The notes below the pieces were generated by a model. It ran no database searches, was not told the origin of the DNA, and was given only the letters and a program-made list of their open reading frames with translations. Shown here piece by piece: positions 19,747 to 28,504 of a stretch of DNA of 64,000 nt. Position 1 is the stretch's first letter; the number at the start of each line of letters is the position of its first letter. The translations under genes were made by a program, and so were the position numbers. Origin of the DNA: a candidate division FCPU426 bacterium (lineage in GTDB: Bacteria; Oederibacteriota; Muellerivitia; Muellerivitales; Muellerivitaceae). The stretch is taken from positions 61,011-125,010 of the forward strand of contig CAWHOE010000057.1 of the NCBI GenBank assembly GCA_963830915.1. The letters are read 5' to 3'.

Positions 19747-20538
19747 GTGAATAAAACTATTCTTAAAACCATATTAACGACGACGGTATTCTGTTTGGTG
19801 ACGACGGCGGCCCTGGCGCAAATCGCGGACACTTTCGTTTCTCCACCGCCCCTCGTAACGCTCGTTCCCACCCCCACAACGGTTCCAACAGCCTCCCCCA
19901 CCCCAGTGGATAAACCACTGAGCTTTGAGGGGAAGTTCGGCATCGGCTACGAGTACATCCGCGTCGATGAGGTCCAAAATACTTCTTACAATAACTTCGT
20001 AACTAACAACCTTTTATCCCTGGACACCACCTATTGGATTTCGAACCAGACGGCCCTTGATATCCTGGCCACCGCCAATGCTGGTTCCTATATGGGCACT
20101 GACTTCAACGGCAATTCCACGAATTTCCCCAACACCACTTGGGGTGGGGGTTTGCAGTTGCGGGACAATCTTTCGGCCCCTCTGCATGATCTCAGGCTCC
20201 AGGCTCTGTTCCGGGCCACTTACGCCCAATTCAGTCAAGAAGAAGTGAATTGGAGCAGCAACTACAACATTACCTACCAGATCCAGGATTGTTATTCGGA
20301 AACTTTCCTGCTGTCGGCCGGGCTTGGATTCGAATATTACTTACCTTTTTGCGACTCGCTTTCGGTTCAGGGAAACCTCGCCTATTCCGGGGCGTATAAT
20401 GACGGCTGGATCAGCGAAACCTTCAATCCCAAATACAACGTCGGCGCGAATTACACCATAAAATATTCTAATTACCGCACCGCGTTCGTATTGACGGGGC
20501 TCACCTTGAGCGGAGTGTCTGTACATTTTTATTTCTAA
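19747..20538 (+). CDS. Outer-membrane beta-barrel protein
   Basis: AAGGAG SD before GTG 19747, signal peptide, amphipathic strands, C-terminal HFYF. Confidence 0.7.
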   Translation: MNKTILKTILTTTVFCLVTTAALAQIADTFVSPPPLVTLVPTPTTVPTASPTPVDKPLSFEGKFGIGYEYIRVDEVQNTSYNNFVTNNLLSLDTTYWISNQTALDILATANAGSYMGTDFNGNSTNFPNTTWGGGLQLRDNLSAPLHDLRLQALFRATYAQFSQEEVNWSSNYNITYQIQDCYSETFLLSAGLGFEYYLPFCDSLSVQGNLAYSGAYNDGWISETFNPKYNVGANYTIKYSNYRTAFVLTGLTLSGVSVHFYF

Positions 20539-20677
20539 TGCACACGTTTTGTGAAATGGCCCCTTACGGCACGGCTTGAAGTAGAAATCCCTTGTTACAT
20601 GGGTATCCCATAAGGGAAAGGCTAATAATTTTTCCAAAGGTTGAGTTTCCTTAACGGTTCGCCGGAGAGATCACAAA

Positions 20678-21043
20678 ATGCATAAAAATAAAAAGGCGTT
20701 CATTTCTTGGGTGTCCCTATTGTGGCCTTGGGCCGCGATCCTTTTCGTTGAAATGATGATGCCCAAATACAACGACCCTGTTTGTCTTTTAGGGCTTGTT
20801 TGTGTTTCACTCTTTGGTTTCGTATTCACTCGATCCATCAATCACCAAGACCCTGCGAAAATACTGAAAGATCTGTTGCTCCTCATAACGTGCTCAATTC
20901 TTATCGCCCTTTCCTTCGCGGCTTTTATATGGTTTGAATGGCCTGCGTATTTGCTGGGGTTTTGGATGCTTTTTTCCGTCGCGTTCGTGTTTGTTGGATA
21001 CAAAGTATTCCACAAACCTCGGAACAAAAATGAAAAACATTAA
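20678..21043 (+). CDS. Hypothetical four-helix membrane protein
   Basis: Four hydrophobic segments, AT-rich codons. Confidence 0.65.
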   Translation: MHKNKKAFISWVSLLWPWAAILFVEMMMPKYNDPVCLLGLVCVSLFGFVFTRSINHQDPAKILKDLLLLITCSILIALSFAAFIWFEWPAYLLGFWMLFSVAFVFVGYKVFHKPRNKNEKH

Positions 21044-21440
21044 CGTTATATTTAAAATGATAGTGCCCTTATTAATGATCGGTTATGGGTTGTTTTCATT
21101 TATTAACAACGTTTTATTCTTTATGAAGGCCCAAGAAAAAACCGTCGAAGTTGTTCAAGCGGCACAATTTTCGGGAGCTGGTCGATTTGGCCATGGTTAT
21201 TGGAAGTTGTCGACTGACTTTATTAATCCGCAAGATGGTAAACCGATCACCGTTGTCGCTAATACCAGCAGTTATTCCGTGGGTCAAAAGATCAATATTT
21301 TTTTCGATCCATCTAATGCTCTAAACATAAAAGTTTACGACATAGAATATTTTATCGATCCTTGGATATTGATTATTTTTGGGGTTGTGTTTGCATTCGG
21401 GATCAAATTCAAACCGAATGACAAAAAGCATAAAGCTTAA
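21030..21440 (+). CDS. DUF3592-like membrane protein
   Basis: TM-beta domain-TM with YSVGQKINIFFDPSN motif. Confidence 0.65.
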   Translation: MKNINVIFKMIVPLLMIGYGLFSFINNVLFFMKAQEKTVEVVQAAQFSGAGRFGHGYWKLSTDFINPQDGKPITVVANTSSYSVGQKINIFFDPSNALNIKVYDIEYFIDPWILIIFGVVFAFGIKFKPNDKKHKA

Positions 21441-21493
21441 TTTAGGAATAAGCATAAAAGTTCAACTGGGATGTCCATTGCCGGAGGGTTTGA

Positions 21494-21970
21494 TTGCAAA
21501 ACACCATGGGTAAAAGGATCACTTTTGGTTTGGCGGGTTTTATCCTGATGGTCCTGGGTAGTTATTTTCTTCTCAGAAGTTACCCGATGTTGTTCGTGAA
21601 GTACGCGACGAAAACCACAGGGAAGGTCATCGAAATCATTCACGCGCGTTATCCGGGTAGGAACCTATACCCGAAGATAGCCTTCACGGCACAAAACGGG
21701 GAACCGATAACTTTTTCCACCGGTATCATCTCGAAAGGTTGGAATCCCCAGATAGGTGATTTGGTCGAGGTAGACTATGACCCGGCCAATCCCGCCCATG
21801 CCGGGGTCTATCAGCCCAAGGGATTAAGAAGTTTTTTAATCATATTCGTCATCGGTTTAGCGGCCCTTTTGAACGCCATATTCCAGTTCATTCCTATAGG
21901 TAGAAATGCCGGGATGACCACCGAACAATCGGATAATGCCCTCCGGAACGTTTTCAAACGGTTGAAATAA
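21494..21970 (+). CDS. DUF3592-like membrane protein
   Basis: TTGKVI...YPKIAFT...IGDLVEVDYDPANP motif. Confidence 0.75.
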   Translation: MQNTMGKRITFGLAGFILMVLGSYFLLRSYPMLFVKYATKTTGKVIEIIHARYPGRNLYPKIAFTAQNGEPITFSTGIISKGWNPQIGDLVEVDYDPANPAHAGVYQPKGLRSFLIIFVIGLAALLNAIFQFIPIGRNAGMTTEQSDNALRNVFKRLK

Positions 21971-21991
21971 GATCAATTCCATCTTTTCCTA

Positions 21992-22029
21992 GGAATAAAT
22001 TCGTAAATTTATAGTCTTATAGGTAAGGG
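21992..22029 (+). promoter_or_regulatory. Island motif copy 9
   Basis: TTTTCCTA-GGAATAAA 21992-N14-GTCTTAT 22014-AGGTAAGGG. Confidence 0.7.
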
Positions 22030-22148
22030 AACAGGCCAGACACCTCAAAAACCGATGATATAATTCAGACAGTTCATTATTTTCAAGAGCGTTTCTTATG
22101 TGGTCACGGAATATTTATTCCAGATCTAACTTTGAAATAGGAAAACTT

Positions 22149-23270
22149 ATGAATCGATCCCTTTGTTTGACGATCTGCGGTGGTTTGCTTTTATTGGCGG
22201 CGTTAACCATCCCCACCGCTTGCAGTAAACTGTACGTCGTCGGCCCCCTTTCCTCCACCCCGACCCCAGGCGGTTCTTCCTGTTCCAATGCTGGTGTGGT
22301 GTCGACTTTGGCCGGTTCAGCGGGGGTTACAGGTCTTCTCGACGGGACCGGGACCGCCGCGTTATTCAATGACCCGGACGGCGTGGCGGTCGATACAGCG
22401 GGAAATATTTATGTGTTGGATTTTAACAACAACGATATCCGTAAGATCTCGCCTGCCGGCGCGGTAACGACCTTCGCGGGCGGGGGACCTTGTTGCGCCG
22501 TCGATGGGATAGGCACTGCCGCTTCCTTCAATCAACCCGGCGGTATCGCGGTTGACAACGCCGGCAATGTGTTTGTCTCCGATACCTACAACCTTCTGAT
22601 CCGCAAGATCACTCCCTCTGGCGCGGTAACGACCATCGCTGGGACTGTCGGCGTTCCAGGCAGCGCGAACGGTACGGGAACCGCCGCTTCTTTTAATTAC
22701 CCCTTTGGGATTGCGGTGGATAGTTCGGATAACCTTTATGTCGCCGATACAGGGAATTGTATGATCCGCAAGATCACATCCGGCGGTTTGGTCTCGACAT
22801 TCGCCGGTTCTACGACACCCGGTTCCGCCAATGGAACTGGTACCGCAGCGTCGTTCACGGCCCCTCAGGGACTCGCCGTGGATTCGACTGGGACGATCTA
22901 TGTCGCGGACACGGTGAATAATATGATCCGTGCCATTACCCCAAGCGGCGTTGTGTCAACCCTTGCAGGTTCGGCGGCGGTTACGGGTTCTATGAACGCT
23001 ACTGGAACCTCCGCTTCGTTCAATTCTCCTACCGGGGTTACGGTCGATAATTGCGGCAATGTTTATGTGGCGGATATTTTGAACAACATGATCAGAAAAA
23101 TAACCCCTGGCGGTGTGGTCACGACCTTAGCGGGGCAATTGACCCTTGGTTCCACCAACGCGACCGGGACTTCCGCGTCTTTCGATCGTCCCGCCGCGGT
23201 CGCCCTTGACGCTTCCGGGAATCTTTATGTCGCGGACGCGTTCAACTCGCTCGTCCGTAAGATCCATTAA
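22149..23270 (+). CDS. NHL-repeat beta-propeller lipoprotein, paralogue of 3..1091
   Basis: IPTAC lipobox, CSKLYVVGPL, NGTGTAASF..P.G.AVD repeats. Confidence 0.9.
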   Translation: MNRSLCLTICGGLLLLAALTIPTACSKLYVVGPLSSTPTPGGSSCSNAGVVSTLAGSAGVTGLLDGTGTAALFNDPDGVAVDTAGNIYVLDFNNNDIRKISPAGAVTTFAGGGPCCAVDGIGTAASFNQPGGIAVDNAGNVFVSDTYNLLIRKITPSGAVTTIAGTVGVPGSANGTGTAASFNYPFGIAVDSSDNLYVADTGNCMIRKITSGGLVSTFAGSTTPGSANGTGTAASFTAPQGLAVDSTGTIYVADTVNNMIRAITPSGVVSTLAGSAAVTGSMNATGTSASFNSPTGVTVDNCGNVYVADILNNMIRKITPGGVVTTLAGQLTLGSTNATGTSASFDRPAAVALDASGNLYVADAFNSLVRKIH

Positions 23271-23307
23271 TGGTTTAAATATCATTCGATTCAATCGGAG
23301 GTTGGAT

Positions 23308-23859
23308 ATGAAACATTTTCTATTGATTGGCCTGTGTTTGTTCATGGTATCCCCTGCTTTTGCTGAATCGGCCAATTACTACCACCAGGGTCTGTACTTT
23401 GAGCTGGGGGGAGGGAAGAACTTGGGGGACCAGTCGGAGTACAACCCCACGCCCGCCGGAACGGTCATCGACGTTGGATACAGTTTTGATCCCCAATGGT
23501 CGGCCCAACTGCAATGGATCGACCTCACCTGGGAAAGCAAATACACCATCATTTACACGACCGAGGACAGGATACTTCCGGAAATTAAATGGACCCCATT
23601 CATCGGCGTGGTCCAGCCTTACGCGCTGGCCGGGGTCGGCATGTCCTTTCAAACGGTCACCGACGACTCGGGAGAAGGTCACTTGATCCCTCCCCAGAAC
23701 TATTCCTATTTCGACATGATGTTGGGCGCCGGGGCCCACACCAATTTCAAAAGCTTCATCAATATCTTCGTGGAGGCCCACTGCAACGTGATCTTCGTGA
23801 CTAGCGGAATCACCGCTTCAACCGTACCGCTGTTCGGGGGCATTCAGCTGGATATTTGA
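23308..23859 (+). CDS. Small outer-membrane beta-barrel protein
   Basis: GGAGG SD, signal peptide ending AFA, QPYALAGVG strand, C-terminal GGIQLDI. Confidence 0.7.
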   Translation: MKHFLLIGLCLFMVSPAFAESANYYHQGLYFELGGGKNLGDQSEYNPTPAGTVIDVGYSFDPQWSAQLQWIDLTWESKYTIIYTTEDRILPEIKWTPFIGVVQPYALAGVGMSFQTVTDDSGEGHLIPPQNYSYFDMMLGAGAHTNFKSFINIFVEAHCNVIFVTSGITASTVPLFGGIQLDI

Positions 23860-23887
23860 AGGGACTAAATGTGATAAGAAAACGATC

Positions 23888-24169
23888 TTGAGAGCTAACC
23901 CACCCAAGTTCAAAGCCTACGCCGAAAACATTCAGGCCAAGTGGGGAAAATCGCCCGAGGAATTTTGGCGGTTGGCCATCAAGAAGGGTTACATCCAGAA
24001 GGGCAAGTTGAACGCGGAACACGCCGACCTTTTGAAATGTCTTAAAACCGACATCGGCTTGGGCCATGTTTACGCCAACTCCATCATCGCCTATCTGCGG
24101 GCCCGCGCGAAGGACCCAACCCAAACCCCCAACGCCAGGAAATGGATCAAAGCCACCTGGAAATATTGA
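23888..24169 (+). CDS. DUF4287-like small protein
   Basis: AY.ENI..K.GKS.EE...LK.D.GLGH..AN.I..YL pattern. Confidence 0.65.
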   Translation: MRANPPKFKAYAENIQAKWGKSPEEFWRLAIKKGYIQKGKLNAEHADLLKCLKTDIGLGHVYANSIIAYLRARAKDPTQTPNARKWIKATWKY

Positions 24170-24182
24170 AAGCTAAGGCGTA

Positions 24183-25409
24183 ATGAAAAATAGTTACTTA
24201 TTCTTATTCCTATTATTTTCCCTCTTGGGGCTTGGTTGTTCCCGGACCGAGAAGATCGATACCCAATATATCGACATGAGAGTGCCCATACCGACCATCG
24301 CCAACGGGAACAGTGACGCCGTTTCCCAGCGTCAATGGGTGGTGACGGGTAAAAAAGTGCTCGACCTGTCCGGGTTCGACAACCTGTTCCAAACCTTCAT
24401 GAAGGCCAATGGGGTGCGGGCCGGGGAATTCGTCATCATGAAGAACGGTAAGTTAAAATACGCCCGCGCCTATACCTGGGCTGAGCCTGGATACCGAATC
24501 ATCCAGCCCTCTGACCCATTCCGGCTGGCGAGCTGCACCAAGATTTTCGTCGAGGAAGCCGTTCAAACCCTCTACGACAGCAAATTGCTGACCCCTGACA
24601 CCAAGGTCTATCCCTTGCTGGGGTTTTCCAAGCCGCTGGACCCTCAAAGCGACACCATCACCATCCAACAGTTATTGGACCATAAAGGAGGCTACGACCC
24701 TAAGGTGTCCAGATTCGACCCGGTCTTCAGCATGCGCAAGATCGCCAACGACATGGGTTTGCAACAGGCGGTCACCAAACAGGACATGGCGACCTATATG
24801 TACAAGAACGTGATGCTGGACCATCCGCCCGGCACTCAAGACGCCTATTCTAATTACGGTTACTTACTGGCCACGATGGTGGTGGAAAAAGTGAGCGGGC
24901 TTAAATTCATCGATTACGTGAACCAAAAGATACTTCAACCGGCTGGCCTGGACCCCGTCCACATATCCCCGACAGCCAAGGGGTCCCAGCCCCCGGGGGA
25001 ACCTCCTTATGAGGACGAGGGGAGCGGTCTGACCGCTGACCCGATCTCCCTTTCGATCGCGCCCGCCGCGTATGGGGGAGACCAACTTATGTATGAGGTG
25101 GCGGATTGTATCGCCTGTTCGGCGTTCGAGCTGGCGCAGTTCATCCATCTATATAAGGTTTGGGGGAACGGACTTCGGGAGCAAATGAAGCTGAGACCAG
25201 GCGGTTATTACGCCAGGTCCGGAAGCATGCCGGGCACTTTCGCTTGGGCCGAGTCACGAGGGGACGGGGTGGATTGGGTTTGCGTTTTCAACACCAGGAA
25301 CTTCCTGGATAAGAACAACCCCCAGTATCAGCCCAATACAAGTTTCGAGGGCTCGGACCAAGATCTTCAACATCAGATCGACCGGATGCTGGATAAGATG
25401 GACCAGTAG
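24183..25409 (+). CDS. Beta-lactamase-family serine hydrolase lipoprotein
   Basis: GLGC lipobox; FRLASCTK (SxxK), LLDHKGG, YSNYGY (YxN), SGSMPG. Confidence 0.85.
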   Translation: MKNSYLFLFLLFSLLGLGCSRTEKIDTQYIDMRVPIPTIANGNSDAVSQRQWVVTGKKVLDLSGFDNLFQTFMKANGVRAGEFVIMKNGKLKYARAYTWAEPGYRIIQPSDPFRLASCTKIFVEEAVQTLYDSKLLTPDTKVYPLLGFSKPLDPQSDTITIQQLLDHKGGYDPKVSRFDPVFSMRKIANDMGLQQAVTKQDMATYMYKNVMLDHPPGTQDAYSNYGYLLATMVVEKVSGLKFIDYVNQKILQPAGLDPVHISPTAKGSQPPGEPPYEDEGSGLTADPISLSIAPAAYGGDQLMYEVADCIACSAFELAQFIHLYKVWGNGLREQMKLRPGGYYARSGSMPGTFAWAESRGDGVDWVCVFNTRNFLDKNNPQYQPNTSFEGSDQDLQHQIDRMLDKMDQ

Positions 25410-25499
25410 GGAATGGCATCTCATTTCTTGGTCGTCCGTTTACCAAGCCTGGGATGTTCTTAATACCCAATGAAATCTTCACTTTTCAGCACTATTTAG

Positions 25500-25538
25500 G
25501 GAATAAACCGGCCTTTGTTGCGTCTTATATGTGAGGGG
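25500..25538 (+). promoter_or_regulatory. Island motif copy 10
   Basis: GGAATAAA 25500-N14-GTCTTAT 25522-ATGTGAGGGG. Confidence 0.7.
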
Positions 25539-25596
25539 AAACTTAATTTTAGTAAAAAAGCGGTAAAATTTGAACATCAAGAGGACGAGGCGGGAT

Positions 25597-26163
25597 ATGA
25601 AAAAGCTTCTTATCAATTCGTTGTTCATCTTTATTTGCGTCATCCCAGTGGCTTGCAACAAACTGTTTCCAACCAACCCAACGCCTGCCGCGCTCCCAAG
25701 CCTGTTACCGACCCCAACTTCAACCCCTTCGCCCTCGCCCGCTATCCCTACTTGCGTTTGGACACCTTTGTCACAGATGGTCCAGTTTACAAATTCACCC
25801 AATAACTATGTTATCCGTAATGTTTCAGAATGGAATAGCGCGAATAATACTTTGCCAATCCCAACACCCCCTGTGGATTTTAGCCATTGGATGGTTGTGG
25901 GAGTTGGTGTGGAGATTACTTGTGGTGTGGAAAGACCCGTATACACTTCGATATGTACCTATCCCAATTTTATAGAAGTGTGTTCTGGCCTTCCCGTCTT
26001 TCCCACACCCATCGCCACACCCCCAACCCTACCCTACGCGACTCCGGGAGCTGTCGCGATTCCATGTAATTATATTGCATTCGGTCAGATCTTGGCGGCG
26101 GTACCCCAATCCCCTCTGCCTGTCTTTTTCAATTGCACCCCTACGGCTACCATTACTCCATAA
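25597..26163 (+). CDS. Lipoprotein, possibly with a PrcB C-terminal-like domain
   Basis: IPVAC lipobox, Pro/Thr linker, YVIRNVSEW...PPVDFS..MVVGV. Confidence 0.6.
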   Translation: MKKLLINSLFIFICVIPVACNKLFPTNPTPAALPSLLPTPTSTPSPSPAIPTCVWTPLSQMVQFTNSPNNYVIRNVSEWNSANNTLPIPTPPVDFSHWMVVGVGVEITCGVERPVYTSICTYPNFIEVCSGLPVFPTPIATPPTLPYATPGAVAIPCNYIAFGQILAAVPQSPLPVFFNCTPTATITP

Positions 26164-26252
26164 TAGGTCATAAGGATCTGGTCTTTTCCCTTGGATTTCC
26201 GCATTAACAATCAATAATTTCCAAAACAAATCCTTTTAATTTAAACCATCCT

Positions 26253-26288
26253 GGAATAAAACCCGCCAATACCCGTCTATAAAGTAAG
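26253..26288 (+). promoter_or_regulatory. Island motif copy 11
   Basis: GGAATAAA 26253-N14-GTCTATA 26275. Confidence 0.65.
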
Positions 26289-26321
26289 AACCATCCGCAT
26301 ATCTTCCAATAAGGAACGACC

Positions 26322-26816
26322 TTGGACCTAGAAACCATCATCAAGATGACCGATAGACGTGAAGCCTATATGGAACTGGCCAAGCTCTATCTTGAAAGCG
26401 ACGTCGAAACAAAAAATTCCATCGCCCAGAACTGGCCGTACGACGTCCAGTGGGAATTTCCGGACCCCCGGAGGCTGGCTTGCCAAACGGGCGAGAAGTG
26501 GTCATCCCAAGAGCGGGCGGAGGCCATCGCGGTCCGATATGGGATCATGGCCAAATATATTGCCGATCTATGGGAACTGGATTTCAGGGATGTACTGGTC
26601 GTCTTGGGCGTCGAATATAACGGAATGGTCCTGGCCCAGTTGAAACCGGAGGAAATATTCTGGAAGGTCTTGCCTGATTTCCCGCCGAACATCCAGGAGA
26701 TCTTGTATGGTTTCTTCTCTCGCAAGGGAGAGGACAAAAGCCTCCAGGCCTGGAATCTCACGGTGATCAAGAACAAGCACGGCGAGCAGGAATTGCAAAA
26801 AATCCGGGGTTATTGA
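26322..26816 (+). CDS. Hypothetical cytoplasmic protein
   Basis: 164-aa ORF with AAGGA SD; no recognised motif. Confidence 0.6.
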   Translation: MDLETIIKMTDRREAYMELAKLYLESDVETKNSIAQNWPYDVQWEFPDPRRLACQTGEKWSSQERAEAIAVRYGIMAKYIADLWELDFRDVLVVLGVEYNGMVLAQLKPEEIFWKVLPDFPPNIQEILYGFFSRKGEDKSLQAWNLTVIKNKHGEQELQKIRGY

Positions 26817-26863
26817 CCGTCCAACCTGGGCTATCATTAGACAGACGAGGAAGGAGATAACCA

Positions 26864-27859
26864 TTGGAAAAGATGCTATTGGACTTTGTCATTTCCATGC
26901 TGGTCATGGTCTTGGGTTATTTCTCTTTCGCTATTTTGTTGGTCTTTTTCGGCATGTCTAAAAAGCCGGTCCCTACCCATGGACTTGAGTTCAAGAACAT
27001 GATCATCGACTACCGAACCCTTCCAGCTTTAAAAACATTCACCGCGAGGGATGGGCAGAAACTCGGCTACCGGCACTATCCGTCCTCCGCTGAAAAGATC
27101 GTCATTTTATTGCATGGGTCCGGGTGGCATAGCCAATACTTCCCGCCATTAGCGAATTTCATCAGCACGGAAGGATTGGCCCAGGTATTCACCCCCGACC
27201 TAAGGGGGCATGGCCCTTCGCCCGCAAGGCGGGGCGATGTGGATTACATCGGGCAAATGGAGGACGACCTGGCGGACCTGATCGCCCTGATCCGGAAAGA
27301 TAATCCAAATGGGCCGCTCATCCTGGGCGGTCACTCCTCCGGGGGAGGGCTGGCGGTTCGTTTCGCGGGCGGGGAATACGGGCGCCAAGCCGACGCCTAC
27401 CTGCTTCTTGCACCTTACCTTCAATACAACGCCCCGACCATAAGGCCCGCACCGGGAGTTTGGGCCTGGCCCCACATAGGCCGGATCATCGGTTTGACCA
27501 TGCTCAATAAAGCCGGGATACCCTGGCTCAACGGGTTGAAGGTCATCGAATTCAATATGCCCCCAGCGGCCAAGAACGGCACCGAAACCCTGGCCTATAG
27601 CTATCGGCTCAATGTTTCCTACGGCCCAAGGGATTATCAAAAAGACCTGGCCGCCATCACCCAACCTCTTTTGGTCGTCGTGGGTTCGGAGGACGAGGTC
27701 TTTTACGCCGATCAATTCAAGCTGGTGATCTCTCGATATACTAAAGGCGTCGTAAAAGTGTTGGAGGGCGTGAACCACTTGGATATTGTCGTTCGTCCCG
27801 AGGTCAGGCCTGTCATCAAGGAATGGCTGTTGGGGCTGGGAAACACCCGAAAGGTTTAA
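26864..27859 (+). CDS. Alpha/beta hydrolase (lysophospholipase-like) with N-terminal membrane anchor
   Basis: LLHGSG, PDLRGHG, GHSSGG nucleophile motif, GSEDE, NH. Confidence 0.85.
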   Translation: MEKMLLDFVISMLVMVLGYFSFAILLVFFGMSKKPVPTHGLEFKNMIIDYRTLPALKTFTARDGQKLGYRHYPSSAEKIVILLHGSGWHSQYFPPLANFISTEGLAQVFTPDLRGHGPSPARRGDVDYIGQMEDDLADLIALIRKDNPNGPLILGGHSSGGGLAVRFAGGEYGRQADAYLLLAPYLQYNAPTIRPAPGVWAWPHIGRIIGLTMLNKAGIPWLNGLKVIEFNMPPAAKNGTETLAYSYRLNVSYGPRDYQKDLAAITQPLLVVVGSEDEVFYADQFKLVISRYTKGVVKVLEGVNHLDIVVRPEVRPVIKEWLLGLGNTRKV

Positions 27860-27868
27860 AGGAACGCT

Positions 27869-28504
27869 ATGTTCGACCGAAAAACCCATTGGGAAAAGAT
27901 ATACGGCGAGAAAAAGCCCAATGAGGTGAGCTGGTATCAGGAGAACCCCCAAAAATCCTTGGACCTGATAACTTCCACAGACGTCTCAAAAGAAGAACCT
28001 GTCATCGACGTGGGAGGTGGAGCCTCCTTATTGGTTGATATGTTATTGGAACAGGGATTCCAGAACGTAACGGTCTTGGACATTTCCGAGAAAGCCCTTC
28101 AATACGCCCAACAAAGATTGGGCGAGTTGGAAGGCAAGGTCAAATGGCTCGTCAGTGACATCACCGAATTCGAATCGACCGAAAAGTTTGGCCTTTGGCA
28201 TGACCGGGCCGTCTTCCATTTCTTGACCGAAAAAATCGATAGGGAAAAGTATGTCGCTCGCGTAAGGAGATCGTTGAAAAAGGGAGGATATCTCATCCTC
28301 TCGGCTTTCGCCAAGGACGGCCCGGACAAATGCAGTAATCTCAACGTCCGTCAATATGACGCCGCTTTGGTTCGGGAAGAATTCGGGGAAGGGTTCGACT
28401 TGCTCCAGGAAACCTCCGAGATCCATCAAACCCCCTGGGGCAAGGACCAAAAGTTCGAGTACTTCCTTTTGAAAAGAAAGGGAACTGAGGGTCAAAATGA
28501 ATAA
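27869..28504 (+). CDS. Class I SAM-dependent methyltransferase
   Basis: HWEKIY, VSWYQ, IDVGGGAS, WHDRAVFHFL, GPDKCS. Confidence 0.9.
   Translation: MFDRKTHWEKIYGEKKPNEVSWYQENPQKSLDLITSTDVSKEEPVIDVGGGASLLVDMLLEQGFQNVTVLDISEKALQYAQQRLGELEGKVKWLVSDITEFESTEKFGLWHDRAVFHFLTEKIDREKYVARVRRSLKKGGYLILSAFAKDGPDKCSNLNVRQYDAALVREEFGEGFDLLQETSEIHQTPWGKDQKFEYFLLKRKGTEGQNE

Noticed and set aside
1141..26290. Island motif as classical integron attC sites
   Set aside because: No RYYYAAC...GTTRRRY ends or long imperfect palindrome, and the recombinase at 52 kb shows no obvious IntI-specific insertion. A non-integron cassette model is kept as a hypothesis.
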